This document shows, in pieces, positions 52,130 through 64,000 of a DNA stretch of 64,000 bases. Source of the stretch: Octopus sinensis (lineage: Eukaryota); contig NC_043001.1 in the NCBI RefSeq assembly GCF_006345805.1, forward strand, positions 11,470,001-11,534,000, read 5' to 3'. How positions within the stretch are numbered: position 1 is the first letter of the stretch; each line of letters begins with the position of its first letter. A program made the position numbers and the translations under genes. The notes beneath the pieces were generated by a model. The model was not told the DNA's origin. It did no database searches and saw only the letters and a program-made list of their open reading frames with translations.

Positions 52130-52600
52130 GAAAATACAATATGTTTAGCGCCAAGTGAAATACACTTGACCTCAGACGTATTCAATGCGGAAGTACATAT
52201 GCCAGGGTACATACTACACAGAACTGACCGTAGAATAAGGAAACAAGGGGGAGCAGTGCTTTTAATCTCTGAAGAACTGACAACAAATGTCTTCCTCTCC
52301 CACTCCAACATCCTAACAATATATTTGATAAAACTCTATATGATCATAGGTATTACCTACCGTTCTCTTGGCGGGATTAACCGTGGGGATAATTTCAAAG
52401 AGGCTTTGCTGCTCATTAGTCAAACCTAAGAAAGACCAGATCACAGGCTAATGTACATTTAATAGGGGACTTTAATTTTTATAATCTCAGCTGGATCCAG
52501 GGCTACATCCAATCTGGAACTAAACAATTATAAAAGAGGGATATGAATACTCTCCTTGGTACCACTAATGGCTTCCTTATGCAACAAACCATTGCCTGTC
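52130..52600 (+). pseudogene. LINE APE-endonuclease domain remnant
   Basis: SEIHLTSDVFNAEVHMPGYILHRTDRRIRKQGGAVLLI...TYRS...IGDFNF. Confidence 0.8.
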
Positions 52601-53351
52601 CAGTGGGGCCGAGTAGCATCATTCTATTTTTTACATTTTCCCTTGTCATCTATTGTTCATACGTTTATTGTATTTTTTCCTTCTTGTGTGTCCCCACATG
52701 TTATGCATTGTCCTCTCTGTGTTCGCCCTTGGTGGGTAGTAAAAAATTAGGACGTGAATGCAACGTAAAAAGAACCAGTACTTTCACTCAAGTTCATTAC
52801 GTTTTGTTCAAAGATGACCAGGCAGCAAATTATTGTATATGCTGAGCTGTTAGTTTGACCATTTTAAGAATTCTCAAGCTATGCTGTTGACAGGCCAAAT
52901 ATCATATATTCTTAGGAAACCATAACTTCAATACAAATTAAAGAAATCGTTTATATCAGTTAGGTTTCATGGAATTAAATTCATTTCTTTTGGCACTACA
53001 CTTACATTATTTGGACGCACGAGATCTCTCTCTGAATTACGGTTTTGTTTTCACGTATTTTCAAAATACGTGAATTTCGCAAAATGACCAGGCAGTTAAT
53101 TTACAAACAAACAGATCCCAACATGCATTTATAGGCATTTGACGGTTCGTTTTTAAACTTTGGCTCAAAGCGACCATTTAGAGGAACAAAACCCGAATTG
53201 GTCAGGTGTTGTTTCTTTTACAATCCTTGGCAGCCTTTCACAGAGGTCAGCTGACAACACCTTTGTTACTCCTCCTGTTTGAACATTATTTTCACTCAGT
53301 TTCATCACGTTCTGTTCAAAGAATCCTTTACTGTTGCATGAACCATTTTTT

Positions 53352-53763
53352 TACTCTCTCTCTTTTACTCTTTTACTTGTTTCAGTCATTTGACTGCGGC
53401 CATGCTGGAGCACCGCCTTTAGTCGAGCAAATCGACCCCGGGACTTATTCTTTGTAAGCCCAGTACTTATTCTATCGGTCTCTTTTGCCGAACCGCTAGG
53501 TAACGGGGACGTAAACACACCAGCATCGGTTGTCAAGCAATGCTAGGGGGACAAACACAGACACACACGCGCATACATATATATACATATTACATATATA
53601 CGACAGGCTTCTTTCAGTTTCCGTCAACCAAATCCACTCACAAGGCATTGGTCGGCCCGGGGCTATAGCAGAAGACACTTGCCCAAGATGCCACGCAGTG
53701 GGACTGAACCCGCAACCATGTGGTTGGTTAGCAAGTACTTACCACACAGCCACTCCTGTGCCT
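53352..53763 (-). mobile_element. SINE A
   Basis: Full-length reverse match. Confidence 0.9.
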
Positions 53764-55569
53764 TATCCATTATGGATAAATTCCATACAATCATTCGACG
53801 TCTTAAAATCTTGCCCACATCTCGAATTCTTGGTAAAGTCGCAAAGAAGTGAATTGTTTAATACCCAATTAAATAATGAATTTGAAATCAGAATGCATTG
53901 CAGTATCCCCTTAATGAGTGTGACAGAATGCTCAAAGAAAGGGGCTACATGGTCAACGCATTTAAGCTAACGAACTTTGGAAATTCTATTTTCAATACCA
54001 AGAAAGCAATTTCCAACCGTTGATTGCTGAACCTTGTCAAATGTAGCAGAAAAGATAACCATCTGGTCTGAGACAAGTTTATCTCATGAGCATATTCGTA
54101 TTATTGTGCCACTATAGTATGGCGTGTTTTACAAAATCTCTGTAGATACTTCAATGATTTTAGTAATGTTGGTTTGAGGAAGACTACTCGTTTAAAGTTC
54201 TTGGAAATTTAGAATCTTGACTTTGTTCTGAATGTCGACGATGGCTACATCGTTGATTTTAGTCATGTATTTTTATTATCGGTATATATCTGTAGATGGC
54301 GCTACTTTAAAATGTTGGTTCCCAGTACTGGAACCGAAATAAAATTAATTGGCTGGTTAATAGAGCTTCAATAACATGGCAAGCACAACTCCTCTAAAAT
54401 AATTGGCTGATTGCGATACAGAAGCTTTTGAAAAGGTTACAAGCCTGTTGGGACCTTTCGTCAAGGATTCAGGTTTAACGATTTGCTGCAGAATACACTC
54501 TGCAATCACAAAATTTGTTATGGAGTGCTCGAAAATCGTAAAATGAATTCCCGCTTCAACTTGCATGGGGATGCAAGGAATATTGATATTGACTGGGATA
54601 TACCGTACGCACGTTTCTAAAGGCATTGCGAAAACGTATATCAGATTTGCTTTTCAACTTGCTGCCTTTGTTTTCATGGGTAAAAGTAAGATAGAAGTGA
54701 ATAGCCCAGAGAAATCTTAAAGTAAGCTGCAAGCGTCATCTTTCTTGGATGAGGCACATACCAGTTTTTGAATGAAATATAGTAGTTGGCCATTTTCCAA
54801 GCGGACAGCAAGCTGTTGAAGTCTGTGAAATGAATGAAATATCTTAACAGAAAAGCGGGAAAAAACAGTTTAAAGAATATTAATGTAAAGAAATAGCTGC
54901 AATTAGATAAACAGCTCTTTCAAGTCCAGGTACGTGATCATTAGTATATGCTTCAAGTGAGATCTAAAATATCAACAAATATATTTCATCAGTCAGTGTG
55001 TTGTATGAAAGAATGATATCAAAAATTAAAACATAAAAACATCTGCTTTTAGATTCTGTGTCAGTAGTCGTGTCCGCGCAACAAAATGGAGAGTTCTCGC
55101 TTCCGAACACGTGTATATGACGTTTTATGTCAGCATTAAATTGAAAGCTGCGCTTTCAGGGCCTCATAACTTCAAAAGATAAAAACATTAGATGTGAATG
55201 TCAAATGTGTAATTGTCAGGCAAGTGATTTGATTTGAGATCGTACATTAAAACGTGCAGTTTACAATGCTAAAAAAAGAGAAGTGGAAACAAAGAAGAGG
55301 AGGTCAAGGGAAAGACAACCAAATACCAAGCTAAGTGGCCAAATTTAAACACTCGGTCAGAATGACCTTAACCATATAGATGGGAGAAATTATAACCTTG
55401 AAGCCTTTATATGTTGATTAACAACTTCGCCTTTAACCAACGTGCAGTGGAGTTGCGTCAGTGACCAGGTGGCAGATGTCGCGACAAAATGTTTGAGGCT
55501 AAATAATTGAATGTTTAGGTGAAATTAAGAGTCTTTGTGTTTATGAATGGCTAATATGTGCTCTGTGAA

Positions 55570-55830
55570 GTCGCGTGGCATAGTGGTTAAGGTGTTGCAC
55601 TTACGATCGCTAGGTCACGGGTTCGATTCTCTGACCGGGTGGCACGTTGTGTTCTTGGGCAACGCACAACGCTTCATTTCACGCTGTTCCACTTTGCTGA
55701 GATGTAAATGGGTATAAATCCTTCCGATCAAAGGGAATGTTGACCTACTCGCATACCCCGCAGGGTGGCGCCGTTCAAAAGCTACAAAAATGGAAAGCGC
55801 ATTGTGATAAGCGATGTATAACAACAGCCG
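55570..55830 (+). mobile_element. Diverged tRNA-headed SINE
   Basis: A box tggcatagtgg, B box gggttcgattct, then gttgtgttcttgggcaa similar to the 2660 copy. Confidence 0.65.
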
Positions 55831-56031
55831 CGAGCCTGGTTCATACCGTGATACCTTGAAATTGTGCTCTACGCTAGAATTGTATTTAATACGAATATCT
55901 CCTACACAGCATTAACAATTGCGTATGCAGAATATGCGAGCCAACTGGCAGCTTGCGTGTAAGGGAAGACAGACTCACAACGATTGAGGATTATGTTGAT
56001 ATTTCTGTTTGGTAGAGGGATTAACTAAATT

Positions 56032-56260
56032 TTGGCACACTCAAACAGTTCCAAAAGATTGCTATCCATGATACACTCAAACAGTTCCATAAGAGTGCTA
56101 TCCATGTCATAGTCAAAGAGTGCCAAAAGAAGGCCATCCATGGCACACTCAAACAGTTCCAAAAGATTGTCATCCATGGCGCACTCAAAGAGTGCCGTCC
56201 ATGTCATACTCAAAGACTTCCAAAAGACTGCCATCCATGGTAATATCAAAGAGTGCCATC
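56032..56260. repeat. 36-bp minisatellite (~6.5 diverged units)
   Basis: Consensus tggcacactcaaacagttccaaaagattgccatcca. Confidence 0.85.
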
Positions 56261-56700
56261 TGTGGCAGATGGATATGTAATATTGTTAACATGGTGGCAG
56301 CTTATAGGACTATAGCAGAGTAATAACAAATAAAATGTATATAACAAGAAATAATTAGAGACGGTTGAGACATGAGGATGGGATAGGGTAAACAAAGCAG
56401 AAGGCAGATGTATGAAGGACATTTAATAGTCTCAGATAGAGAAGCATTGTGAAACAGAAGAGAGAAGAAGAAGAAGAAATGAGAGAGTGCGAGAGAGAGA
56501 AGAACAAAGAATGAGAGAGTGAGAGACAGAGAAGAAGAAGAAATAATGAGAGAGTGTGAGAGAGAGAAGGAATGGAATGAAAGTGATGTTGATTTTATAT
56601 CAGATAAAAAGGTAATAACACAGGGTTAAAGACAGAGGTAAAGATAAGAGAATGTAGGAAGGTGATAAAAAGCAAAGCGAGTGTAAAAGGGTGTAATATC

Positions 56701-57077
56701 TATTTCTTTACTACCTACAAGGGGCTAAACACAGAGGGGACAAAGAAGGACAGACAAACGGATTAAGTCGATTATATCGACCCCAATACGTAACTGGTAC
56801 TTATTTAATCGAGTCTGAAATGATGAAAGGCAAAGTCGACCTCGGCGGAATTTGAACTCAGAACGTAACGGCTGACGAAATACCGCAAAGCATTTCGCCC
56901 GGCGTGCTAACAATTCTGCCAGATCGCCGCCTTCAATAAAAGGGTGTAATGGAGCGTCGTGGAGCTTTTAGTTGTTTTCGCTCAATAAACACTCACAACG
57001 CCCGGTCTGGGAATCGAAACCGCGATCCTATGACCGCGAGTCCGCTGCCTTAACCACTGGGCCATTGCGCCTCCACC
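56701..57077 (-). mobile_element. SINE C monomer (56701-56933) plus short SINE B (56951-57077) with nested TSDs
   Basis: aaagggtgtaat occurs three times: 56686, 56939 and 57078. Confidence 0.88.
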
Positions 57078-57747
57078 AAAGGGTGTAATATCGAGACAAA
57101 GAGAGGAAAGTTGAAAATAAACGAGTGAAAAGAGGAACAAATAGAACAGAGATTGGTAACGACGAGATGAAGGAATGTTAAACTAAAGAGGAAGAAGCGG
57201 GGGTGGGAGGGAAGCATGAGGCAATAATGGAGTTCTGATATGAAGAGCGAGGAGAGATGGAATTATAAAGATTGAGATAGAATAGGAATGAGAGAGAGAA
57301 AGAGAGGGGGAGTGGAGAGGGAATAAATGCAAGAAGAAAGTGAGGAAATAAAAGGGAAGAAGTGATAATTATAGAAGGAGGGAAAGAGAGACAGAGAAAG
57401 AGAGAGTATAAGTACAAAGAAAGGAAGAAACAGATTGCAAGATGGCGGAAGATAATGTGAGAGAGTGCGACAGAATTATATATTAAAATGGCTAAAATAG
57501 CAACGATGCTATAGAAATAGGTAACAATGGCTAAGGTGGCAAAAGTAGAAAGGGAAAAGCGGAAGCAGAATAGAAGTAAAAGGCAAGGAGTGTGGTATGT
57601 GTCGGTAGCGGAGAAGTAGAAAAAGCTGAAGAGGAAGAAGTGGTGGTGGTGGGGGGGAATTTCGGAGTGTGAGTTCGGTGCGCGGAGGAATATTCAAAGC
57701 ATTATGAGACCAGAAAGTGAATGCAGAATTGATACACAAAGTATAGG

Positions 57748-58550
57748 GGAAGCACTCCGTCGGTTACGACGACGAGGGTTCCGGTTGATGCGAATCAACG
57801 GAACAGCCTGCTCGTGAAATTAACGTGTAAGTGGCTGAGCACTCCACAGACACATGCACCCTTAACGTAGTTCTCGGGGATATTCAGCGTGACACAGAGA
57901 GTGACAAAGCCGGCCCCTTGAAAGTACCAGTTATGCACTGGGATCAATGTAATCGACTTAATCCGTTTGCCTGTACTTGTGTGTTCCCTCTGTGTTTAGT
58001 CCCTTGTGGGTAGTAAAGAAATAGGTATTTCCTCTGCTGCTACGTTCTGAGTTCAAATTCCGCGGAGGTCGATTTTGCCTTTCATCCATTCGGGGTCGAT
58101 TAAATAAGTACCAGTTACGCACTGGGGTCGATGTAATCGACTTAATCCGTTTGTCTGTCCTTCTTTGTTCCCTCTGTGTTTAGCCCCTAGTGGGTAGTAA
58201 AGGAATAGGTATTTCGTCTGCCGTTACCTTGTGAGTTCAAATTCCGCGGAGGTCGACTTTGCCTTTCATCCTTTCTGGGTCGATAAATTAAGTACCAGTT
58301 ACGCACTGGGATCAAAGTAATCGAATTAATTCCTTTGTCTGTCATTGTTTGTCCCCGCTATGTTTAGCCCCTTGTGGGTAGTAAAGAAATAAGAAACGTT
58401 AGCAAGCTAGACGAAATGCTTTGCGTTATTTTGTCTGTCTTTGCGTTCTGAGTTCAAATTCAACCGAGGTCGACTTTGCCTTTCATCATTTCGGGGTCGA
58501 TAAATTAAGTATCAGTTGCGTAATGGGGACGATATAATCGACTGAACCAA
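57748..58550. mobile_element. SINE B 3' half (-) joined to a headless SINE C array (+)
   Basis: B tail at 57748-57922; C units at 57923-58550. Confidence 0.85.
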
Positions 58551-58614
58551 AATTTCCTAAAGTAAAAAAGAAAAAAATAAATAAAATAAAAGTAATGTTC
58601 TTTTCGAAATATGA

Positions 58615-58745
58615 TCCAAATGGCATACGTAGCGCAAAATTGTGAATTACTGGAACACATTCCTCTTTAGAGATTTCTCCGATTTCTGCTGTGATTGCTG
58701 CCTTTAGTTCAACAAACGTTTGAGGGTTGTTCTGTTAAACATCAT
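58615..58745 (-). pseudogene. Tc1/mariner-type transposase C-terminal fragment
   Basis: QNNPQTFVELKAAITAEIGEISKEECVPVIHNFALR resembles the C-terminus encoded in 47571-48101. Confidence 0.5.
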
Positions 58746-61700
58746 CGCCTTTGCATAGATGACGGATAATTATCGGTGGAATTTGAACGGTATGAAACCT
58801 AAATGTATACGAAACACATTTTATTTTACACGCTAACAAATCTGCCAGTCTTTTCTTAATGTAGTAATGTATTAGCAAATTGTCGTCAAATTATGGTGGG
58901 GCATAATTAGCTAGGACTGGTTTATATCTTTACCAACTGCAAAATAAATAAATGAAGTCAACTCCGTCGGGATTTGAACTGTAAATCCATATTATTAAAT
59001 ACAGAAAACAGTATTTTTCGATGCTCTTCCGATTCTGCAAAACAACCAGCATATATCATTGCTACATTTAACATTGAAGAAATATCTGACAAGAGACATA
59101 CAACCACGTAAAACTCGCTGAATCTAATATTTTCTAGTTTTCTCATTGAAAATACATCATGTTCTTCATTCGCAATGTTTTCCACTAAATTGATATTCTC
59201 CAGCTGCGAAAACCTGTTCGATGTAAAAGGAAATGAAAAAAGAACTATTTCTTGTAAAAGTAAGAATTATCGTAATATTGGACATCAGCGTTTAGTTTAG
59301 AGTTTATTATGAGTTGTCGGTTATGACTACAAAGTCTTGCAAAGTTCCAGTAATCTTCAGATTTATTGGTGCCTTTGGGGAATCATAACAAATGAAGGAA
59401 TTGTTTTAATATCTTGAAAACTCCTCCAGATACATACTTAGTGTATGTCAGTTATGCGTAAATTCGATATTATAGACATTTGCAAAACCTTTCTCGCTGT
59501 CATCGCTTACGAAACTTGTATTAATCAATTTCCAAGATATTTCTTGAAAGTGTATTGTGTTAATAGAAACTTTACTAGATAGATTACAGACAAGGCATTG
59601 CTGTCTTTTTACGATTTGCCCTTGGAATTCGTTTTCCAGAAAAATAACCAATGAATAACAAATTGCAAAAGAGCAGACTTCCTCAACCGATTTGATTTTA
59701 TGTTCAAAAACAAAATTTTTTAATCGAATATGCTTTGGGAATTTCGCTTTTTAACACTGTGCATTATTTCGAGTTACAGAAACAATCTACAGTTTTATTG
59801 CTTCAGATAAGACACTCCTAGAAGCTGATGAGAACTTAACAACTGAGATCTTAGATTCGGTGAACCTGCAGGGCTTTTCTTAGAGAAAGATCAATGGCAG
59901 AAGGAATTGACCTGGCTTGAAGAGTGCAAAACATTTTCTGCATTGTGGATTACTTGGAATTAAAATAATCATGATGTGCTTATTTTAGATTACTTAAAAG
60001 CAAGAATAAAGCTACTACTAAACGGTGAACTAAGAATAATTTCAAGATGCTGACGAAAACATGCAATCCACAACGGGATTTGCAAAGGCGCGCACAATCT
60101 TAGAGAGAGAAACAATAAATAGTTAAACAGAACGCTGCATATATTATGCACCTAACACCTGCCCAATATGGAAACCAACTAACAAAAATAACACCAAAAA
60201 CAACTTAATAATGTATATTCTACGCAATGGTCAATCGGTAGTATAAAAGAAATATAAAAAAATATTACCCAAGAAAATACCATAACTCGTGCTGTTTATA
60301 TTCTGAACAACCAACACAACAGACAGATCGGTTCTATTCGAATTCGTCTCCCACAATTCATCTATCTGTGGTTGTATGTGAGTCTCTGTGTGTATGTGTG
60401 TGCGTGGTTGTATGTGTGTGTGTGTCGTTGTATGTGTGTGTGTGTGCGCGCGTCCGCTGCCCTAACCATGGGCCTTTGGCGTCCACAAGTTAGAAATAAG
60501 TAAAGGAAAAAAGTGAATGAAAGAACTCATAGAATACAAAACAAACTGCAACAGAAGGACATGACTGACAACGTTTCAAAATTGCTCACTTAAACGCATC
60601 GGCTTCCCCAATGAGATATAAAATAAACACATACGGCATAAAAGGATAAGAATGCCTGCCAAGAGTGCGTTTATATTTATAATAAAAGATGGAATAATAA
60701 GGTTCTGTATTAAGAAAATAATGTGGGAAATTGCTTTGAATTAAGACAGAATTGTTTTTATTATTGTACCGTAGTGTCTCATAAAACTGGTGTTTATCTC
60801 CAAATTTTTCTAGTTTTCAGACAACGAAGGCAAATTAACTTGTGTAAATCTACTTTTCATTGGACTAAATCGACAAAAGCAGTTTGAAGTGTGTGGATAA
60901 CAAAAGCATATTTGACAAGGTATGGAGCAAAATTTAATAGTGGACACACAAAACAGTTTGAACGTATCCCAAATCAAATAAAGAAATTTGTTTTGTTTGC
61001 AGAAGTGTTTCTATGTGAAATAGCAAATTCGACTTAATATCTAATGTCTTGCATGCAACAAGTGACGTTTAGCATTTTGAGAAGCAGAATAAAATGGTTA
61101 TCCAAAACAATTTCAGAAACAATTGACTTCCCTTTTGACATTCAATTACTTAGCTCAAGCAATTTCGAATACACACAATGCCTTGTGAATTGAAAGGAAT
61201 TCGAAATAAAATGATGACAATATTATTATTTTAGTATATTCTAAATATCTCTTAAAAGTTTCTAAAATAACTGATCATTTAGCTGACAAATTTATTTAAT
61301 TATTTACATCGAAATTACTAGAATCTTACATATTTGTATGAATAGAAAATCCATAAGATTTTATTGAAGATCTCCAATTTATATTTATTATACAATTTAC
61401 CTTGTCAACGCGTGTACGTATCGGCTTCGATGGCTGCATAATCTTGTGCTTTGCTTTCTTTTTATGCGATATCGATTGAATTCCACTATACGGTTCTTTT
61501 GGTAAATGAGTTCCGCGAGATCTGCTTGGCTTGTCGAGTAAATTTAGTAAACTGACACTAAGTATACATCAGCTGGAAATTCTGTTCTTGGTTTTGATTT
61601 GTAGTCTAAATTACTTATATCACTCGACATTATCTTAAGAGTTGGTTAGTTTAGAGGAGTCTGGACTTGGGGAAATAATTCTGAGAAGCATTTCAGTCAG

Positions 61701-62947
61701 CGGATAACCAGTTTCGGTGATCGCCAGTGCAGTTCTACCTCTAAGTCAAGTAAGAAAGAAATAAAGTAAAACAGACATTAGGAAACGCGAAAATATTTTT
61801 GTTAATTAACGCTAGAAACTTTTGCGTGAAGGTGTGTGGTAACGGACAAAAATAAAACAAAATGTATTTTTCTTAAGGACAATTTTTATATTTATTCTCA
61901 CTTTAGATAAGTAGAAAGACTGTAATAATTTTAGTCTCATTATCGACATATATCAATAAATGATTTTTTTCAGATGTGATGTGGTAGCGTTCATTATGTT
62001 TTGAATCCCTAGACAAATTATGTGGCCATCCTCGTCTAGCATTCAGGGGTCCTCGTTCAGGAAAGGTGTTTTACGAGATGATCAACCTGTTTTCTCTAAA
62101 ACAAGGAATCTGTTGTGTAATGATCTCTTTTTGTAAGACAACGTTTGTTGTTATTTGCCTGCTATTTATTGTAAACCGAGTAACCGTGCAAAAATCCCTT
62201 GTTATCTCATGTCGCCACTGTAATTAACGTTGAGGAAAAACGTAGAGAGATAAGAAATTACCGAGATTGCAATTCGTGCGAATAAAGATTTAGCAAAGTG
62301 CTTGGTAGAAAGTTTAGTGGGATAAATAGAGAAGGGATGGTGGAGATAGAGTAAAGAATGGGACAAGTAGCTTGAATCTGTTGGCTTTCTCAGAATTGCA
62401 GATACTATTGCGTATTGAAGGAACAGAAACAAAACGCACCTCTAAGCTAATAATTGTTGTGTGAGATAAGACAATGTTATATCAATGAGCCAAGTGATGT
62501 GTTTCACATGCGATCTCTAAGTTTTAATTGTGTTGTAGTGATACGACCCAAATACGTGAGAACTACCTTTATGTGAATCGCAGCTGAATTCTTTCAGAGG
62601 AGCAGTAAGTGACAAGGGTGAATGGTTTCTTATTGAAATATAAGCTTATGGAACTGGATGAAGCTTTGTGAAGTGGTCCTTGGAGGACTACAGAAATTAA
62701 GATACTTTAAATTTCATCGCAAGTTCCGTGGTTTTAGCTGTAACTTTTCAATTTGTAAGCAGGCGTAGTTCAGGACTCTTTTTTACATATATAGAATTTG
62801 TGATGGTCAACTCGCTACCCATCTACATTCGCTAATGTATACTCTCTACTCATTCACAACCCGCCAATATACAATTCCTACCGCCTCGCTAATATACACT
62901 CGCTACTGTACACTCGTCTATGCACACTCGCTATCCATTTGCTGTTT

Positions 62948-63120
62948 CCTTCTTCTTCTTCTTCTTCTTCTTCTTCTTCTTCTTCTTCTTCTTCTTCTTC
63001 TTCTTCTTCTTCTCCTTCTTCTTCTTCTTCTTCTTCTTCTTCTTCATCTTCTTTTTCCTCTTCTTCATCTTCTTCTTCTTCTTCTTCTTCTTCTTCTTCT
63101 TCTTCTTCTTCTTCTTCTTC
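62948..63120. repeat. (TTC)n microsatellite
   Basis: Visible directly in the sequence. Confidence 0.95.
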
Positions 63121-63189
63121 CAATCATGACTTATGCCATTATCCACAAAGTATAAATCTCTAATCCGAGCCTAATCTAAGCTACTAAGA

Positions 63190-63540
63190 ATGCGTGTGGC
63201 AACTTGAAGATCCACCCACCACACGCGATAGACGGGCGGTTGCACGGACGCGAAAGCTACGTTGTTATCCTCATTCCGTAAACGGTGGCTTTTAACGGGT
63301 GGAGAGCTGAGCCATCCTGGGGTACAGAGTATTCGCAATCTAGAAAGAAGTAGGCAGAAAGAGTGAGAGAAAGTTGTGGCGAAAGAGTACAGCAGGGTTC
63401 ACCAACATCCCCCGCCGGAGCTTCGTGGGGCTTAGATGTTTTTGCTCAATAAACATTCACAATGCCCGGTTTGGGAATCGAAACCGCATTCTTACGACTG
63501 CGAGTCCGCTGACCTAACCATTGGGCCATTGCGCCTCCAC
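63190..63540 (-). mobile_element. SINE with family-B head and a different 3' region
   Basis: 63350-63540 matches family B. 63190-63350 is GC-rich and unrelated to the B tail; its boundary is uncertain. Confidence 0.6.
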
Positions 63541-63622
63541 AATTGCTGTTGTTGCATATTCGACAATGTCCAATCACTACTCACTCTATTCATCGATATT
63601 GATCTTCAAGGACTAAACGCCT

Positions 63623-64000
63623 TATACATTATTTACATTTGACGGATATTGTCCTCATTATGTTTGATATACCCTCCAGCCTTCATCAGGTGTCTTGGAG
63701 AATTTCGAACTCGGGTTCTCATTCCTAAGGTATTTTTCGATGTTATTATTATTATTATTATTATATTATTATTATTATTATTATTATTTTTTTTTTTTTT
63801 TTTCTTCTTTCAAATTTGGTTCCATTTCTTGCCGAGTGTCTTCCCGACTCCTAGGGCAAGGAAACTCATAGTATACATTGGTAGACCATTAAACTAAACT
63901 CAATAGTTCGTTCATTTTTTTTTTAAGTTAAATTAAAATACATTATTATTGAAGAAGAAGAAAAAGATCGAAAAATACCTCAGGAATGAGAACCCAAGTT
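63623..64000. mobile_element. Second locus of the hammerhead-tail element, again as an inverted pair
   Basis: Minus copy at 63623-63790 includes gacacctgatgaaggctggagggtatatca and (AAT)n. A plus copy starts at ~63968 (atcgaaaaatacctcaggaatgagaaccca) and runs off the window. Confidence 0.8.

Noticed and set aside
53886-54620. Moderately GC-rich stretch with motif-like words (DFVLNVDD, FPLQLAW)
   Set aside because: Multiple stops, motifs in different frames, and no coherent domain.

Overview
AT-rich, microsatellite-dense, repeat-dominated eukaryotic DNA with one 100-N gap. The repeat complement looks like an Octopus (coleoid cephalopod) genome; this is inferred from recalled repeat sequences, not from a search. 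No host protein-coding gene could be identified with confidence, and nearly all listed ORFs are microsatellite or SINE artefacts. The window holds a full-length 6.1-kb Helitron with a frameshifted RepHel gene, two non-autonomous Helitrons, a 5'-truncated CR1-group LINE plus fragments, a decayed Penelope-like element (RT + GIY-YIG, probably Naiad-type), mariner/Tc1-type remnants, a probable R4/Dong 3' end, and three abundant tRNA-headed SINE families (my labels A, B, C). The most unusual signal is a set of short non-coding elements carrying minimal type-I hammerhead ribozyme motifs. Several sit in (TA)n or (AAT)n tracts and form inverted duplications, including a ~355-bp near-perfect palindrome. 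One joins a tRNA-like Pol III head to a hammerhead tail, making it a candidate Penelope-mobilised 'hammerhead SINE'. Coordinates were read by eye and may be off by a few bases.
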